Shown: in pieces, positions 30,697-40,108 of the stretch
How positions within the stretch are numbered: position 1 is the stretch's first letter
Layout of the letters: each line of letters opens with the position of its first letter
NCBI GenBank assembly: GCA_037127815.1
Contig: JBAXXP010000002.1
Location: 142,943 to 206,942, forward strand
Source: a bacterium
GTDB lineage: Bacteria > Patescibacteriota > Minisyncoccia > Phycocordibacterales > CAIZLB01
Length of the DNA: 64,000 nt
Reading direction: 5' to 3'
Translations under genes and position numbers: made by a program
Notes under the pieces: generated by a model
The model's input: the letters and a program-made list of their open reading frames with translations, nothing else
Database searches by the model: none
Told to the model about the DNA's origin: nothing

Positions 30697-30880
30697 AATT
30701 GTATATTTAGAGAAATAAAAATATACTTGAGCTTCTAGAGCTTCTTAGAAAAGTAATACTAACAGTATACATATAAACCATATTTAACACCAGACACACC
30801 AACCTTAAACCACATAAGAAATTGTGTAACAACTTTTGTCAATATCATCTAACATATCAAGCATGAGATAATCAGAACAT

Positions 30881-31774
30881 ATGATAGACACAAGTAAACT
30901 TATCGATTTAGATGAATGCGCTATAAACGCTCTGGATTTATTCAAAAAGAAAGGTATTCCAAAATTGGAAGACATTAGCTTCAATAGACCCATTGTATTA
31001 GGAAGTAGTAATGCCCTAGTAGCTGGAAAAATAATTTTTGAGGATACCGATGCTGTCTTTGCAGATGAGAGTAATTTCATTAAAAAATTAGACACTACAA
31101 AAAATATAGATGGGGCGGTTATATTATCAGCATCAGGAGGAAAACACGCACCGATAATTGCAGAAGAACTTAAGAATAGAAAAATTGAATCAATTCTTTT
31201 CACAAATACAGAAAACTCACAGGCTGGAAGGATTGTTGATCACACATATATCTTTAATAAAAATACAGAACCTTACACATACAATACCTCTACCTATCTT
31301 GGTATGATTTTATCTAAAACAAAAGAAAACCCATCACAAATTATTGAAACGATAGAAAGTATAAAAAATATTATACCCACAGACTTATCTAAGTATAATG
31401 CATATTTTATAATCATCCCAAATGAGTTTGAAAATTTAAGAGAAATGCTTATTACAAAGTTTGACGAGTTATTTGGACCAATGCTTGTAGGTCGAGTCTA
31501 TACCCCAGAACAAACAAAGCACGCAAAGACAGTAACTGAATCTGATACAGAGCTATTTATAAGCCTCGGTTATGAAAATAATTTATTTGGAAAAAATAGA
31601 ATAAATATTCCCCTATCAGAAAAATTTAATTATGGAACATTAATGGCTGTTGCATATTATATTATTGGTCAGATTCAAAAGGCCAATCCACCATATTTCA
31701 AAAATAATATTGAGAGATATATAAAGGAATCTTCTGAGATTTTTCATGAAAAACTGGAGGTGATAGTAAAATAA
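30881..31774 (+). CDS. SIS-domain (sugar isomerase-like) protein
   Basis: VLGSSNA, AVILSASGGKHA, EPYTYNTSTY; SIS-like fold inferred. Confidence 0.55.
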   Translation: MIDTSKLIDLDECAINALDLFKKKGIPKLEDISFNRPIVLGSSNALVAGKIIFEDTDAVFADESNFIKKLDTTKNIDGAVILSASGGKHAPIIAEELKNRKIESILFTNTENSQAGRIVDHTYIFNKNTEPYTYNTSTYLGMILSKTKENPSQIIETIESIKNIIPTDLSKYNAYFIIIPNEFENLREMLITKFDELFGPMLVGRVYTPEQTKHAKTVTESDTELFISLGYENNLFGKNRINIPLSEKFNYGTLMAVAYYIIGQIQKANPPYFKNNIERYIKESSEIFHEKLEVIVK

Positions 31775-31809
31775 CAGAATACAAGATATAAAATTAAGGT
31801 AAATTAATT

Positions 31810-31835
31810 GGCCCGCCTGCTTAAGCAGGCGGGCC
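31810..31835. terminator. perfect 26-bp palindrome between convergent genes
   Basis: GGCCCGCCTGCTTAAGCAGGCGGGCC. Confidence 0.7.
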
Positions 31836-31863
31836 GTGTTTCGAATCATAATCATATTCGTTC

Positions 31864-32244
31864 CTAGAACATGATCAGTGTCCCCACTTTCGCTATCTCA
31901 CTACCAACCACTCGCCGTTCAGAAGTAGCCGAGGCCACTTTCAGATTACGATGATACTCCTTCATTCTGCTGATCAAGACAACGATATAAGGAAGACCAC
32001 TAAGGTAAGGGATCTTGGAGAGACCATCAAAGTCAGCTTCGCCATTAATGCCATTGAGGCAAGTAGGACGGCAGACAAATGAAAATTCCACACCCACATT
32101 GTCAGACTTGAAGCCAGAGCAATTGTCCAGAGTTTTTTGATAACCACGGACACCGTGTCCAGTAGGAGGTCCAAAAACAAACTTCCTCGTATAATGATCA
32201 GATTCCAAATAACCACATTCCGTGCATTGTGTTCCAAAAGCCAT
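31864..32244 (-). CDS. hypothetical protein with a CxxC/His motif
   Basis: CTECGYLESDH; ends near the palindrome. Confidence 0.45.
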   Translation of the reverse strand: MAFGTQCTECGYLESDHYTRKFVFGPPTGHGVRGYQKTLDNCSGFKSDNVGVEFSFVCRPTCLNGINGEADFDGLSKIPYLSGLPYIVVLISRMKEYHRNLKVASATSERRVVGSEIAKVGTLIMF

Positions 32245-32404
32245 GATATCTTGTTTCTACTTGTTGAATTGATGCCTGACAGGCAAACAGTGTCTCGTCT
32301 CAATGAGCCAGAGGTCTAATTCAATATATTACCACGTTTTTCCTAAAACTCAAGACCAATTATTTATATCTTGTTTTTTCAAAAACAAGTGAGATAATTA
32401 ATGC

Positions 32405-32992
32405 ATGAAAGAAAAAAATATTATAATTATCATAATTATTTTTTTATTAGTAATTGCCACACCATTTATATTCAATAAAACAATTATGAAAAATGAAACT
32501 ACCTCATCACCTAATAAGGCTACAACAGAAACACAAGTAAATCTACCAATGGGAATAAGCATATCAAGCTCGGCATTTAGCAATGGAGAAAAGATACCTT
32601 TTAAGTATAGCTGTGATGGAGCCAATACCCCACCACCATTATCGATAAAAAACGTCCCTTCCAAAACTAAGTCCCTTACGATAATTGTCGAGGATCCTGA
32701 CGCACCAAGTGGAACATGGAGTCATTTTTTAATTTGGAATATTGCACCAAATACAACTGAATTAAATGAAGGATTTGGCAAAGAAGGAACTATGGGAGTG
32801 AATAGCTCGGGAAAAATTGCATACCTAGGACCATGCCCACCAAAAGGCCCTACTCATAGATATTTTTTTAAAGTATACGCCCTAGATTCACGTCTTGAAA
32901 TCGAGAAAGGCTCAACAAAAAATATTCTTCTTGAAGCAATGAGAGGGCACATTTTAGATCAATCGGAGATATTTGGAACCTACTCGAGGTAA
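32405..32992 (+). CDS. YbhB/YbcL family (PEBP-like) protein
   Basis: DPDAPSGTWSH, Y.GPCPP.G.THRY.F.VYALD. Confidence 0.93.
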   Translation: MKEKNIIIIIIIFLLVIATPFIFNKTIMKNETTSSPNKATTETQVNLPMGISISSSAFSNGEKIPFKYSCDGANTPPPLSIKNVPSKTKSLTIIVEDPDAPSGTWSHFLIWNIAPNTTELNEGFGKEGTMGVNSSGKIAYLGPCPPKGPTHRYFFKVYALDSRLEIEKGSTKNILLEAMRGHILDQSEIFGTYSR

Positions 32993-33002
32993 ATTGCATA
33001 AT

Positions 33003-34496
33003 TTATTCCACCATCACTTTTACGTTTACTCTTTCATTCTTGATTTTTATAAATAATGAAGTAAATGCTCCAACAAAAACTATCGCAGCTGCAATTAGGA
33101 ACACATAATTATAAGCGTTTATCTGGGCCTTCAAAACAACAAGTGACATATACTGTTGAATGGTAGTTGGATTAGTACTATTCAATATACTCATTTGATT
33201 TATAGATAGGATGTTTGTACTGATCCTATTGCTCAAAATCGTACCAAATAACGCGATACCAACAGCTCCAGAAATATTTCTAACAAGTGCGAGTATTGAT
33301 GACGCAATGCCAATTTCATTAAGGTCGACAACTGATGCGACGATATTCGTACGTTGAGCCATACCAAAGCCAAGACCAAAGGCCATCACAGATAATGGAA
33401 CCATTATATCCATCGCTGTTGATTTTGCATCAAGAAAAGAAAGCATAAAAATTCCAATTGACGCTACAATCGTACTCGCGAAAATAATATATCTTGGCTG
33501 TACCTTACCAGTTAATGAACCCCCAAGAGGTGAAGCAATCATCATCGCTGCAGCAAGGGGCATAAATAAATATCCAGATTGACTTGCTGTGTATCCCAAA
33601 AATGTTTGTGCAAATACCGGTATTAAAAATAATCCTCCCATCATACCCATAAACACAACAAAGTTGTTAATAAGTGCATAAACAAAGGCGGGTATCTTAA
33701 AGAATTTCAAATCAACAATAGGCTCTTTTGTTTTCTGTTCGATTTTTATAAATAATCCAAAAAGTGTGACTATTATAAAATATGAAATCATACTTCCTGA
33801 TGAAAGCCATCCCCAATCGTTCCCCTTCTCCAGCACCAAAACCAGAGATGAAAGCATACCCCCAAGAGTCAGTGCTCCCCACCAATCGAAATGTTTTGAT
33901 TTAACTGGAGCAACAGACTCGTTAATAAAATGAAAAGCCATCCAGATTCCTATAATTCCAATCGGTAGGTTAATAAGAAACACGGAACGCCATCCAAAAT
34001 TATCAATAAGTGGACCACCAATAAGCGGGCCAAAAACTGTAGCGGCAGCAAAAGATGATGACCATATACCAAGCGCTTGTGCTCTTTGCTTTCCTTCCTT
34101 GAAGGTTATAGCAATAATAGCCATAGCTGTTGGATAATCAGCGGACCCTGCAATTGCTTGAATGATTCTAAAAACAATCATCGATTGAAGATTCCAAGCA
34201 AGACCAGCCAGTACTGATCCAACAATAAAAATCGAAAATCCTAATATATATATTTTCTTCCTTCCAAGTGAGTCACCAAGCTTTCCCCAGATTGGAACAA
34301 ACACTGCATTTGCAATAATATAAGCTGTGGCAATCCAACCTGCAGACGAGATGGTAAGCCCAAAATCATTAATGATTTTAGGCAAAGCCAAGTTAACAAT
34401 TGTCTGATCAAGACGCCCCAAAAAAGTACCCACTATAACAGTAAGAAGAATCCACCACTGAAGTTTTGTTCTACCTTCCTCCTTATTATTTTGCAT
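33003..34496 (-). CDS. MFS drug/H+ antiporter, DHA2/EmrB family
   Basis: LDQTIVNLALP, WRSVFLINLPIG, many TM helices. Confidence 0.93.
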   Translation of the reverse strand: MQNNKEEGRTKLQWWILLTVIVGTFLGRLDQTIVNLALPKIINDFGLTISSAGWIATAYIIANAVFVPIWGKLGDSLGRKKIYILGFSIFIVGSVLAGLAWNLQSMIVFRIIQAIAGSADYPTAMAIIAITFKEGKQRAQALGIWSSSFAAATVFGPLIGGPLIDNFGWRSVFLINLPIGIIGIWMAFHFINESVAPVKSKHFDWWGALTLGGMLSSLVLVLEKGNDWGWLSSGSMISYFIIVTLFGLFIKIEQKTKEPIVDLKFFKIPAFVYALINNFVVFMGMMGGLFLIPVFAQTFLGYTASQSGYLFMPLAAAMMIASPLGGSLTGKVQPRYIIFASTIVASIGIFMLSFLDAKSTAMDIMVPLSVMAFGLGFGMAQRTNIVASVVDLNEIGIASSILALVRNISGAVGIALFGTILSNRISTNILSINQMSILNSTNPTTIQQYMSLVVLKAQINAYNYVFLIAAAIVFVGAFTSLFIKIKNERVNVKVMVE

Positions 34497-35127
34497 AAAC
34501 CCTTAATTTTACAGACATACCATTCCTGAATTCTGGATGAAGTAAAATATCATATCTAACTTTTATATTAAATTGTTTTATTTCACGTTTATCAGAAATA
34601 CTAAATAGAGAACCTGATTGATTTGATGTTGGGCTAACCTCATCAACAATACCCATAAATTGTGTACTACCATATGCATCAACGGTAAACACAGCAGTAT
34701 CGCCAACTTTAATTCTAGATAGACCTTTATCTTCATCAATTTTCCCAACCACTCTCAATTGATTAGGATCAATCATTGATACAACTGTAGCTCCTGCCAT
34801 AAACACTTGCCCTGGAGTATTTTGCACATTAATAATTACACCTGCAGTTTTTGCAGAGAGTACTTCTGAACCAACTCGTGCTAATGATTGATTAACAGTA
34901 ACCCTGTCACCCGCCTTAACATAAACCTCTGAAAGAATACCCTCAGCTTCTGGTCCAACATTTATAACTGGAGCAGAAATTTGAGACATATCAATAGAAA
35001 CATAAGCTGAGGTTGATTTCAAATAAAGAAGACCTCCGAGTATACCAAATATTACTATTATACCAGTCACACTTTGAACCAACGGCCTTTTAAAGAAACT
35101 CTTTTTTGTATTGTTAGGATTTTCCAT
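34486..35127 (-). CDS. EmrA/HlyD-type membrane fusion protein
   Basis: Real start is probably MENPNN; IKVGD.A.FTVDAY..F.G.V..VSP motif. Confidence 0.82.
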   Translation of the reverse strand: MENPNNTKKSFFKRPLVQSVTGIIVIFGILGGLLYLKSTSAYVSIDMSQISAPVINVGPEAEGILSEVYVKAGDRVTVNQSLARVGSEVLSAKTAGVIINVQNTPGQVFMAGATVVSMIDPNQLRVVGKIDEDKGLSRIKVGDTAVFTVDAYGSTQFMGIVDEVSPTSNQSGSLFSISDKREIKQFNIKVRYDILLHPEFRNGMSVKLRVYAK

Positions 35128-35142
35128 ATTTTGTATTTTGAT

Positions 35143-35176
35143 TTTGGGGTCAGGCACCATGGTGCCTGACCCCAAA
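35143..35176. repeat. dispersed palindromic repeat, copy 4
   Basis: TTTGGGGTCAGGCACCATGGTGCCTGACCCCAAA. Confidence 0.95.
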
Positions 35177-35179
35177 TGA

Positions 35180-36190
35180 TTATTGTTTTACGATTGTTAG
35201 AAGTGTCTTATTTACAATAGCTGATTCACCAATTTTTAAATGTGAATCAACAAATGATACAACCCCGTCCATTGGAGCGACAATTGTATAATTCTTATAC
35301 GCAGCCAAAGCAATTTCATATGACCCCTGCACAGAATTTATTGTAGCTTGTGCAATATTGGCCTCTGAAGATCCATTCTTACCAAGATTTGCTTCTAGCT
35401 GACTTAATACTTGATTACGAGTTGTTACAGCTAGATCATATGCGTTTCTATTTGCAACGTAGCTAACAGAACGTTTGTTTGGAATGCTTATTACCCACTT
35501 AGTTGAAGCAGAATAATATCCTGATGGAAATTGAATAAATAAACCACATGAACCAAGAGGCTGTGGAGCAAAATATGTTACACTTCCATTACCATCTTCA
35601 AGCCCTGTTACATTAAATGAATAGCCTGATACAACACCCGATGAATAAGGTGCTACAACATATTCACCTTCCTTTTCACAGGTGTACGTCCCACTTATCT
35701 GTGGAATTAAACTATTATCTACTGTTGCATTTTCATTATAATTATCTTTACCTACTGCAATAAGATTACTAGATAACATTGTTCTATAAGCATTTGCAAC
35801 CAGCACATCTTGTTGTTTTTTTGCACTAGCATATTGAACATTCAGTGATGCATACTGTGCTTTCGCAAGCTCAAGTGACCCCCTTGCTTGATTCACCGCA
35901 CCTTTTGCATCATCTGCCTCAAGAGTTGCCAGTACGTCACCTGCTTTTACAATATCTCCAGAACGAACAGTAACTGTAGCGACACGCCCTGCTTTAACAA
36001 AAGCAAGGTTCACTGAGTTACTAGATGTTCCTTCAACTGATATAGCAAGATTTTGATCTAAAGGAAGTACGACGGAAGGAGCATTACCAACATAATTATA
36101 AAGTGACGCTCCGATAATTATTGCAACAACCATTGATGCTGAAATTACAATTTTAGGTTTCTGAAATATGCTGATTATTTTATTTTTCAT
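35180..36190 (-). CDS. HlyD-family adaptor with a lipoyl-like domain
   Basis: GRVATVTV..GDIVKAGDVLATL and IVAPMDGVV; likely start MKNKIIS. Confidence 0.78.
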   Translation of the reverse strand: MKNKIISIFQKPKIVISASMVVAIIIGASLYNYVGNAPSVVLPLDQNLAISVEGTSSNSVNLAFVKAGRVATVTVRSGDIVKAGDVLATLEADDAKGAVNQARGSLELAKAQYASLNVQYASAKKQQDVLVANAYRTMLSSNLIAVGKDNYNENATVDNSLIPQISGTYTCEKEGEYVVAPYSSGVVSGYSFNVTGLEDGNGSVTYFAPQPLGSCGLFIQFPSGYYSASTKWVISIPNKRSVSYVANRNAYDLAVTTRNQVLSQLEANLGKNGSSEANIAQATINSVQGSYEIALAAYKNYTIVAPMDGVVSFVDSHLKIGESAIVNKTLLTIVKQ

Positions 36191-36244
36191 TTTTTTTGAG
36201 AACTCATGTCGCGTCTCCATCCTTTTGGCGCAACACTGATTAAT
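36191..36244 (-). promoter_or_regulatory. conserved hairpin leader, copy B
   Basis: ATTAATCA-GT-GTTGCGCC-AAAAGGATGGA-GACGCGAC-ATGA on the - strand; homologous to 6963-7017. Confidence 0.6.
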
Positions 36245-36693
36245 TAATTAATTTTATTAAGAATAACTGTAAGCTGTTTTTTTTCTTCTTCTGTAAGGGG
36301 TACCAACATTTCCCTAATAATTCCAACCTTTATATCCTTAAACATAGAAAACAATTTTATTGTCTTTGGAGTTGCTGAAATAAGAATCCCTCGTCTATCC
36401 TTAGGGTCGCTTTTTCGATTAACTAACTTTTTTTCATAAAGTGTTTCAATCAAAGATGTAGCAGATGGTGCTGTAACATCCAAATGAGAAGCTATGCTCT
36501 TCATTGTGGGGTTTTTATTCTCTATTACAAACCTAAGAATCTCAAGCTGGGAAATCGTAAAATGAAGATTATCAGCCTCTTTTCTTAAACCAATAACAAA
36601 TTTCTTGTGAAATTTCATGAAAGCATCCTGAAGCTCATTTTCCATTACAACCTTTGTTACAGCCTTTTTTTTGTTATTTTGGGTTAATTTCAT
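36244..36693 (-). CDS. MarR-family transcriptional regulator
   Basis: TMKSIASHL.VTAPSATSLIETL..K.LV.R..DP.DRR. Confidence 0.92.
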   Translation of the reverse strand: MKLTQNNKKKAVTKVVMENELQDAFMKFHKKFVIGLRKEADNLHFTISQLEILRFVIENKNPTMKSIASHLDVTAPSATSLIETLYEKKLVNRKSDPKDRRGILISATPKTIKLFSMFKDIKVGIIREMLVPLTEEEKKQLTVILNKIN

Positions 36694-36697
36694 GTAT

Positions 36698-36736
36698 TAT
36701 ACTTAGCCAAATTAAATGTTAGACAAACTAAGTATA
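36698..36736. promoter_or_regulatory. candidate MarR operator (inverted repeat)
   Basis: TATACTTAG...CTAAGTATA directly upstream of the marR start. Confidence 0.5.
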
Positions 36737-36810
36737 TATTAATCACAAAAAAAAGCCACCGAGTCTCAGGCTTTATGGTGACCAACCCCATATCTTAATG
36801 GTAAATCAAA

Positions 36811-37674
36811 CTAGAAAAACTCCCCCTGAAAACCTTCCGATTTCTCCATAGAAAAATCCTTTCTAATTAGTACATATTCAAAATCATAAAGTGGGGCCAA
36901 CATACTTGCGTCAACAAAGAACAAACATGTAGCCAGTGCATCAGCAATCATGGCAGTTTTTGCAGTCACCCAAATTGCAATAATTTCATCTGAAGATTCT
37001 AATGTTTTTGGATTCATTATATGATTATATTTTCCCCAAGACCTTCTGTTACCTGATGATCCGCAGATACTTCCATTTTGTAATGTACAAACACCAATAA
37101 CCTGATCTAAGTTTTTTGGATTCTCTAAGCCCACCCTAATTGTATTTTTACCTTTATGCAAAATGTCTCCACCAGCATCAATACAATACTCGTCAACACC
37201 TTCGCTATTTAGTAACTCCCCTATTATGTCTACAATATAACCCTTACCTGCCGCTCCAAAATCAAGCATCACAGATTTCTTAACCGTAAGTTTTGGATGA
37301 GAATACTCAAATACGTCATTCCATTCTGGAGGCACACTCAATTCATCCTTAGGCTGTAAAGAATAATTAGAGTCATACCCCGCATCAGATAAAAGATTAC
37401 CCATAAATGGAGAAAAGAAACCGTTTGTCAGATTATAAAGCTCGTGATATATAGACATCATCTTCTCAGCATCTTCTGGTAACCCATATTCCCCTACCTG
37501 TTTGGAAATTTTTGTTACAATAGAATCCTCTCTAAATCTTGAATAATTACTCTCAAAAACTTCTATTCTATTTTTTATAATCAAAAGGAGCTCCTCTTCC
37601 TTTTGAGAATCGAGCTCCTTATATATATCTATCTGCCATGTTGTACCTATCGCTTTAAAATTAAATTGAGTCAT
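36811..37674 (-). CDS. apbE: FAD:protein FMN transferase, ApbE family
   Basis: FKAIGT, YSRFREDS, LDFGAAGKGY.VD, IDAGGD, HIMNP.T, ADALAT. Confidence 0.92.
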   Translation of the reverse strand: MTQFNFKAIGTTWQIDIYKELDSQKEEELLLIIKNRIEVFESNYSRFREDSIVTKISKQVGEYGLPEDAEKMMSIYHELYNLTNGFFSPFMGNLLSDAGYDSNYSLQPKDELSVPPEWNDVFEYSHPKLTVKKSVMLDFGAAGKGYIVDIIGELLNSEGVDEYCIDAGGDILHKGKNTIRVGLENPKNLDQVIGVCTLQNGSICGSSGNRRSWGKYNHIMNPKTLESSDEIIAIWVTAKTAMIADALATCLFFVDASMLAPLYDFEYVLIRKDFSMEKSEGFQGEFF

Positions 37675-37703
37675 AAATTTCCGTCAATTCAGTATAACGC
37701 TAA

Positions 37704-38288
37704 TTATGCAGCTGCTTGTGTCTTTATACTAGACAAAGCTTTATTGAAGCCTTCAGGTGTTAGAGATGAACCGGAGACTTTTGATAACTTAAGGTCTGCA
37801 ATATTTTTTCCAATCACATACTGTTTATATCCAGAAATAAATTTCTCTTGATACCTTACAGATGTTCTATCTCCTGAGACTGATGTTACATTTGAGTCAG
37901 TAATTATATTATTTGCGATTGTAAGACTAACCCTTATTGTCACATCTCCATCTGGTGTTCCATAAGTACCATCGGCAGTGTATGTTCCATTCTTGTAATT
38001 ATTTGTAGACACACCCTTCTTTGTAGTACCAACCTGCGTTGTTACTACTGCTGGGATGGTGTTGGATGGAGCCTGCGTATTATCATCATCAGACTCAGAA
38101 TCATCTGAAGTCTGATTATTTGCAACTACATTATTTGATACCTCCGATGTACTTTGCTGTGTTGATGTGTCAACAGCTACATTTGAAGAGGTTTTTTCCT
38201 GCGAATATGTGACTATTACAACAGCAAGTACAGCAACGACACCCAGTAATATTCCGTTTTTTTTATACAATTGATTATTTGAATTCAT
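37704..38288 (-). CDS. membrane-anchored FMN-binding protein
   Basis: YKNGTY.A.G.Y.TP.G and VSGSSLT..GF flavinylation-type motif. Confidence 0.8.
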   Translation of the reverse strand: MNSNNQLYKKNGILLGVVAVLAVVIVTYSQEKTSSNVAVDTSTQQSTSEVSNNVVANNQTSDDSESDDDNTQAPSNTIPAVVTTQVGTTKKGVSTNNYKNGTYTADGTYGTPDGDVTIRVSLTIANNIITDSNVTSVSGDRTSVRYQEKFISGYKQYVIGKNIADLKLSKVSGSSLTPEGFNKALSSIKTQAAA

Positions 38289-38311
38289 TATTTTGTTTTA
38301 TATTTAAACTT

Positions 38312-38734
38312 TTATTTTAATAAGGCCTGAGATTGCACTTGATCTTTCTTTTGCTGTATACAAAAGACATCTGCTCCATTCATAAACACAACAAGGGTTC
38401 CTATAGCTATTCCCAAATCTCTGACACCAGTATCTCCATATCCAACAACCCACATAATATCTAGCATATGAAGGCCTAACAAAAGAGCTGATAATCTTGT
38501 AAATAAACCAAACATGAGCGCAAGGCCAAACACTAATTCAAAACTAGCATTTAGAAATACAAAGTTTGATGCACTTATATTGGTCATTGAAACCAAGGAT
38601 TCAGGAATATAAGCCACCCACATACTATTATGCAGGAATTGTTGCAAACTGAACCACAATATGACTGCCGCCATACCAATTCTTAATACCACAGGAGCAT
38701 AAAGCTCCAGAAAATACGTTGTTTTATTTATCAT
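38312..38734 (-). CDS. DoxX-family membrane protein
   Basis: LRIGMA..LWF, FELV.GL.L..GLFTR..ALLL, VRDLG. Confidence 0.82.
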   Translation of the reverse strand: MINKTTYFLELYAPVVLRIGMAAVILWFSLQQFLHNSMWVAYIPESLVSMTNISASNFVFLNASFELVFGLALMFGLFTRLSALLLGLHMLDIMWVVGYGDTGVRDLGIAIGTLVVFMNGADVFCIQQKKDQVQSQALLK

Positions 38735-38812
38735 AATTATTATTATACACCAGCACTATCACACCACCTATACTATTAGTACGATAGTTATTAGAAAAAC
38801 TTTCACTATAAC

Positions 38813-38848
38813 ATTTGGGGTCAGGCACCATGGTGCCTGACCCCAAAT
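38813..38848. repeat. dispersed palindromic repeat, copy 5
   Basis: ATTTGGGGTCAGGCACCATGGTGCCTGACCCCAAAT just after the metK stop. Confidence 0.95.
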
Positions 38849-38856
38849 TACAAACT

Positions 38857-39795
38857 CTATCTGTCCCACTCAAAACCTCTCCCAAAATGTCCCCAGGTAC
38901 ATGTATCCTTAAATTTTACGTCCTTGAAATTTAGATGATTATTTATTCCAGCTGGAGTTAAATCATAATCTGTAATCTCAACCTCTTTTCCATCAATAAC
39001 AGCAATAGCCATAACCGGCTCATTTTTCCCAATGGCATATGCAAGCTTCGTAAAAACCTCATTTGCATTATGTTTCTTAAGCAAATCAATTGCAATTTTA
39101 CGTGCCATGTAAGCGCCTGATCTATCAACTTTTGTATAGTCTTTTCCAGAGAATGAGCCACCACCAATTGTTATTTCTGGTCCATAATTATCAACAATCA
39201 ATTTCCTACCAGACAGTCCCGTATCTGCATCAAACCCACCTTGATCCCATTCTCCTGCTGGATTAATTAAATATTCGTCAGCTTGGATAATATCTTTTAC
39301 GATTTTCAGAAGCTCATCATTTTTTGAGTTTTGAAAACTTACGACAACTGTAGTGACTTTACCATCCTCAATTGTAACTTGAGTCTTTCCATCGTAAGGA
39401 TAAACTTCAAAAACTTTCTTACACAAATTTCTAGCCAACTCATATTCTAAAGGTAATAATGATACGGTCTCATTTGTTGCATATCCCTTCATAATCCCCT
39501 GATCTCCAGCTCCTCCAGTATCAACACCTTGTGCAATTTGAGGACTTTGTAAAACTAAATTTGATATTATTTTATATGAATCACCTACGATACCCTTTAC
39601 AATCAACTCAATATCAGGATTTGCTTTTGATGTAACTTCTCCATTTATTGTAATCAAACCATGACCACCCATCACCTCTACTGCAACTCTACTTTTTATA
39701 TCTTCTTGCATATATGCATCTAGAATACTATCTGCGATAAAATCGCAAATCTTATCTGGATGCTTTGGACTAACAAATTCTGCTGTTCTTTTCAT
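38857..39795 (-). CDS. metK: S-adenosylmethionine synthetase
   Basis: AEFVSPKHPDKICD, GAGDQG, DTGLSGRKLIVDNYG, GGGSFSGKD.TKVDRSGAY.AR. Confidence 0.96.
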   Translation of the reverse strand: MKRTAEFVSPKHPDKICDFIADSILDAYMQEDIKSRVAVEVMGGHGLITINGEVTSKANPDIELIVKGIVGDSYKIISNLVLQSPQIAQGVDTGGAGDQGIMKGYATNETVSLLPLEYELARNLCKKVFEVYPYDGKTQVTIEDGKVTTVVVSFQNSKNDELLKIVKDIIQADEYLINPAGEWDQGGFDADTGLSGRKLIVDNYGPEITIGGGSFSGKDYTKVDRSGAYMARKIAIDLLKKHNANEVFTKLAYAIGKNEPVMAIAVIDGKEVEITDYDLTPAGINNHLNFKDVKFKDTCTWGHFGRGFEWDR

Positions 39796-39855
39796 ATTTG
39801 TACGAATCGCCACAACACCCATATTATTTAAATGAGTGTAGTAGCCTATTAAATT

Positions 39856-39878
39856 AAAAATTCCTCATAAAGAGGAAA
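39856..39878 (-). terminator. terminator of the riboswitch expression platform
   Basis: TTCCTC-TTTAT-GAGGAA-TTTTT on the - strand, between the aptamer and metK. Confidence 0.65.
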
Positions 39879-39890
39879 GATAGATGACTA

Positions 39891-40008
39891 GTCTTATCTT
39901 TCCATAATAATGCTTTCGCACTATCTGGCTGGATTTAGCACCTACTCATTTCTGAGGGTTGCCGATGGGTCGTTGAGCCAGTTGCTCTCGCCATACTCGT
40001 GATACAAC
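39891..40008 (-). promoter_or_regulatory. SAM-I (S-box) riboswitch
   Basis: TATCACGAG...GAGAGCAACTGGCTC..GA...GGCAACC...AGGTGCTAAATCCAG...AAGATA upstream of metK. Confidence 0.88.
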
Positions 40009-40108
40009 TAATTTAGTTGTGGCTACATTGTAGCACTACTCAGTTTGCAATACAATCACGCTCTATTAATTATTTGATTAATGAGCATGATTAGGTTAAA
40101 ATTATCGT

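Noticed and set aside
35128-35175. MGSGTMVPDPK N-terminus of the EmrA-like ORF, and ORF 59706..59891
   Set aside because: These are translations of the palindromic repeat, not protein sequence.
40055-40092. Inverted repeat AATCACGCTC..ATTAAT/ATTAAT..GAGCATGATT as a fourth att junction
   Set aside because: It lacks the CGA 18 nt after GCTC and the preceding hairpin; it is more likely an operator or promoter-region hairpin.
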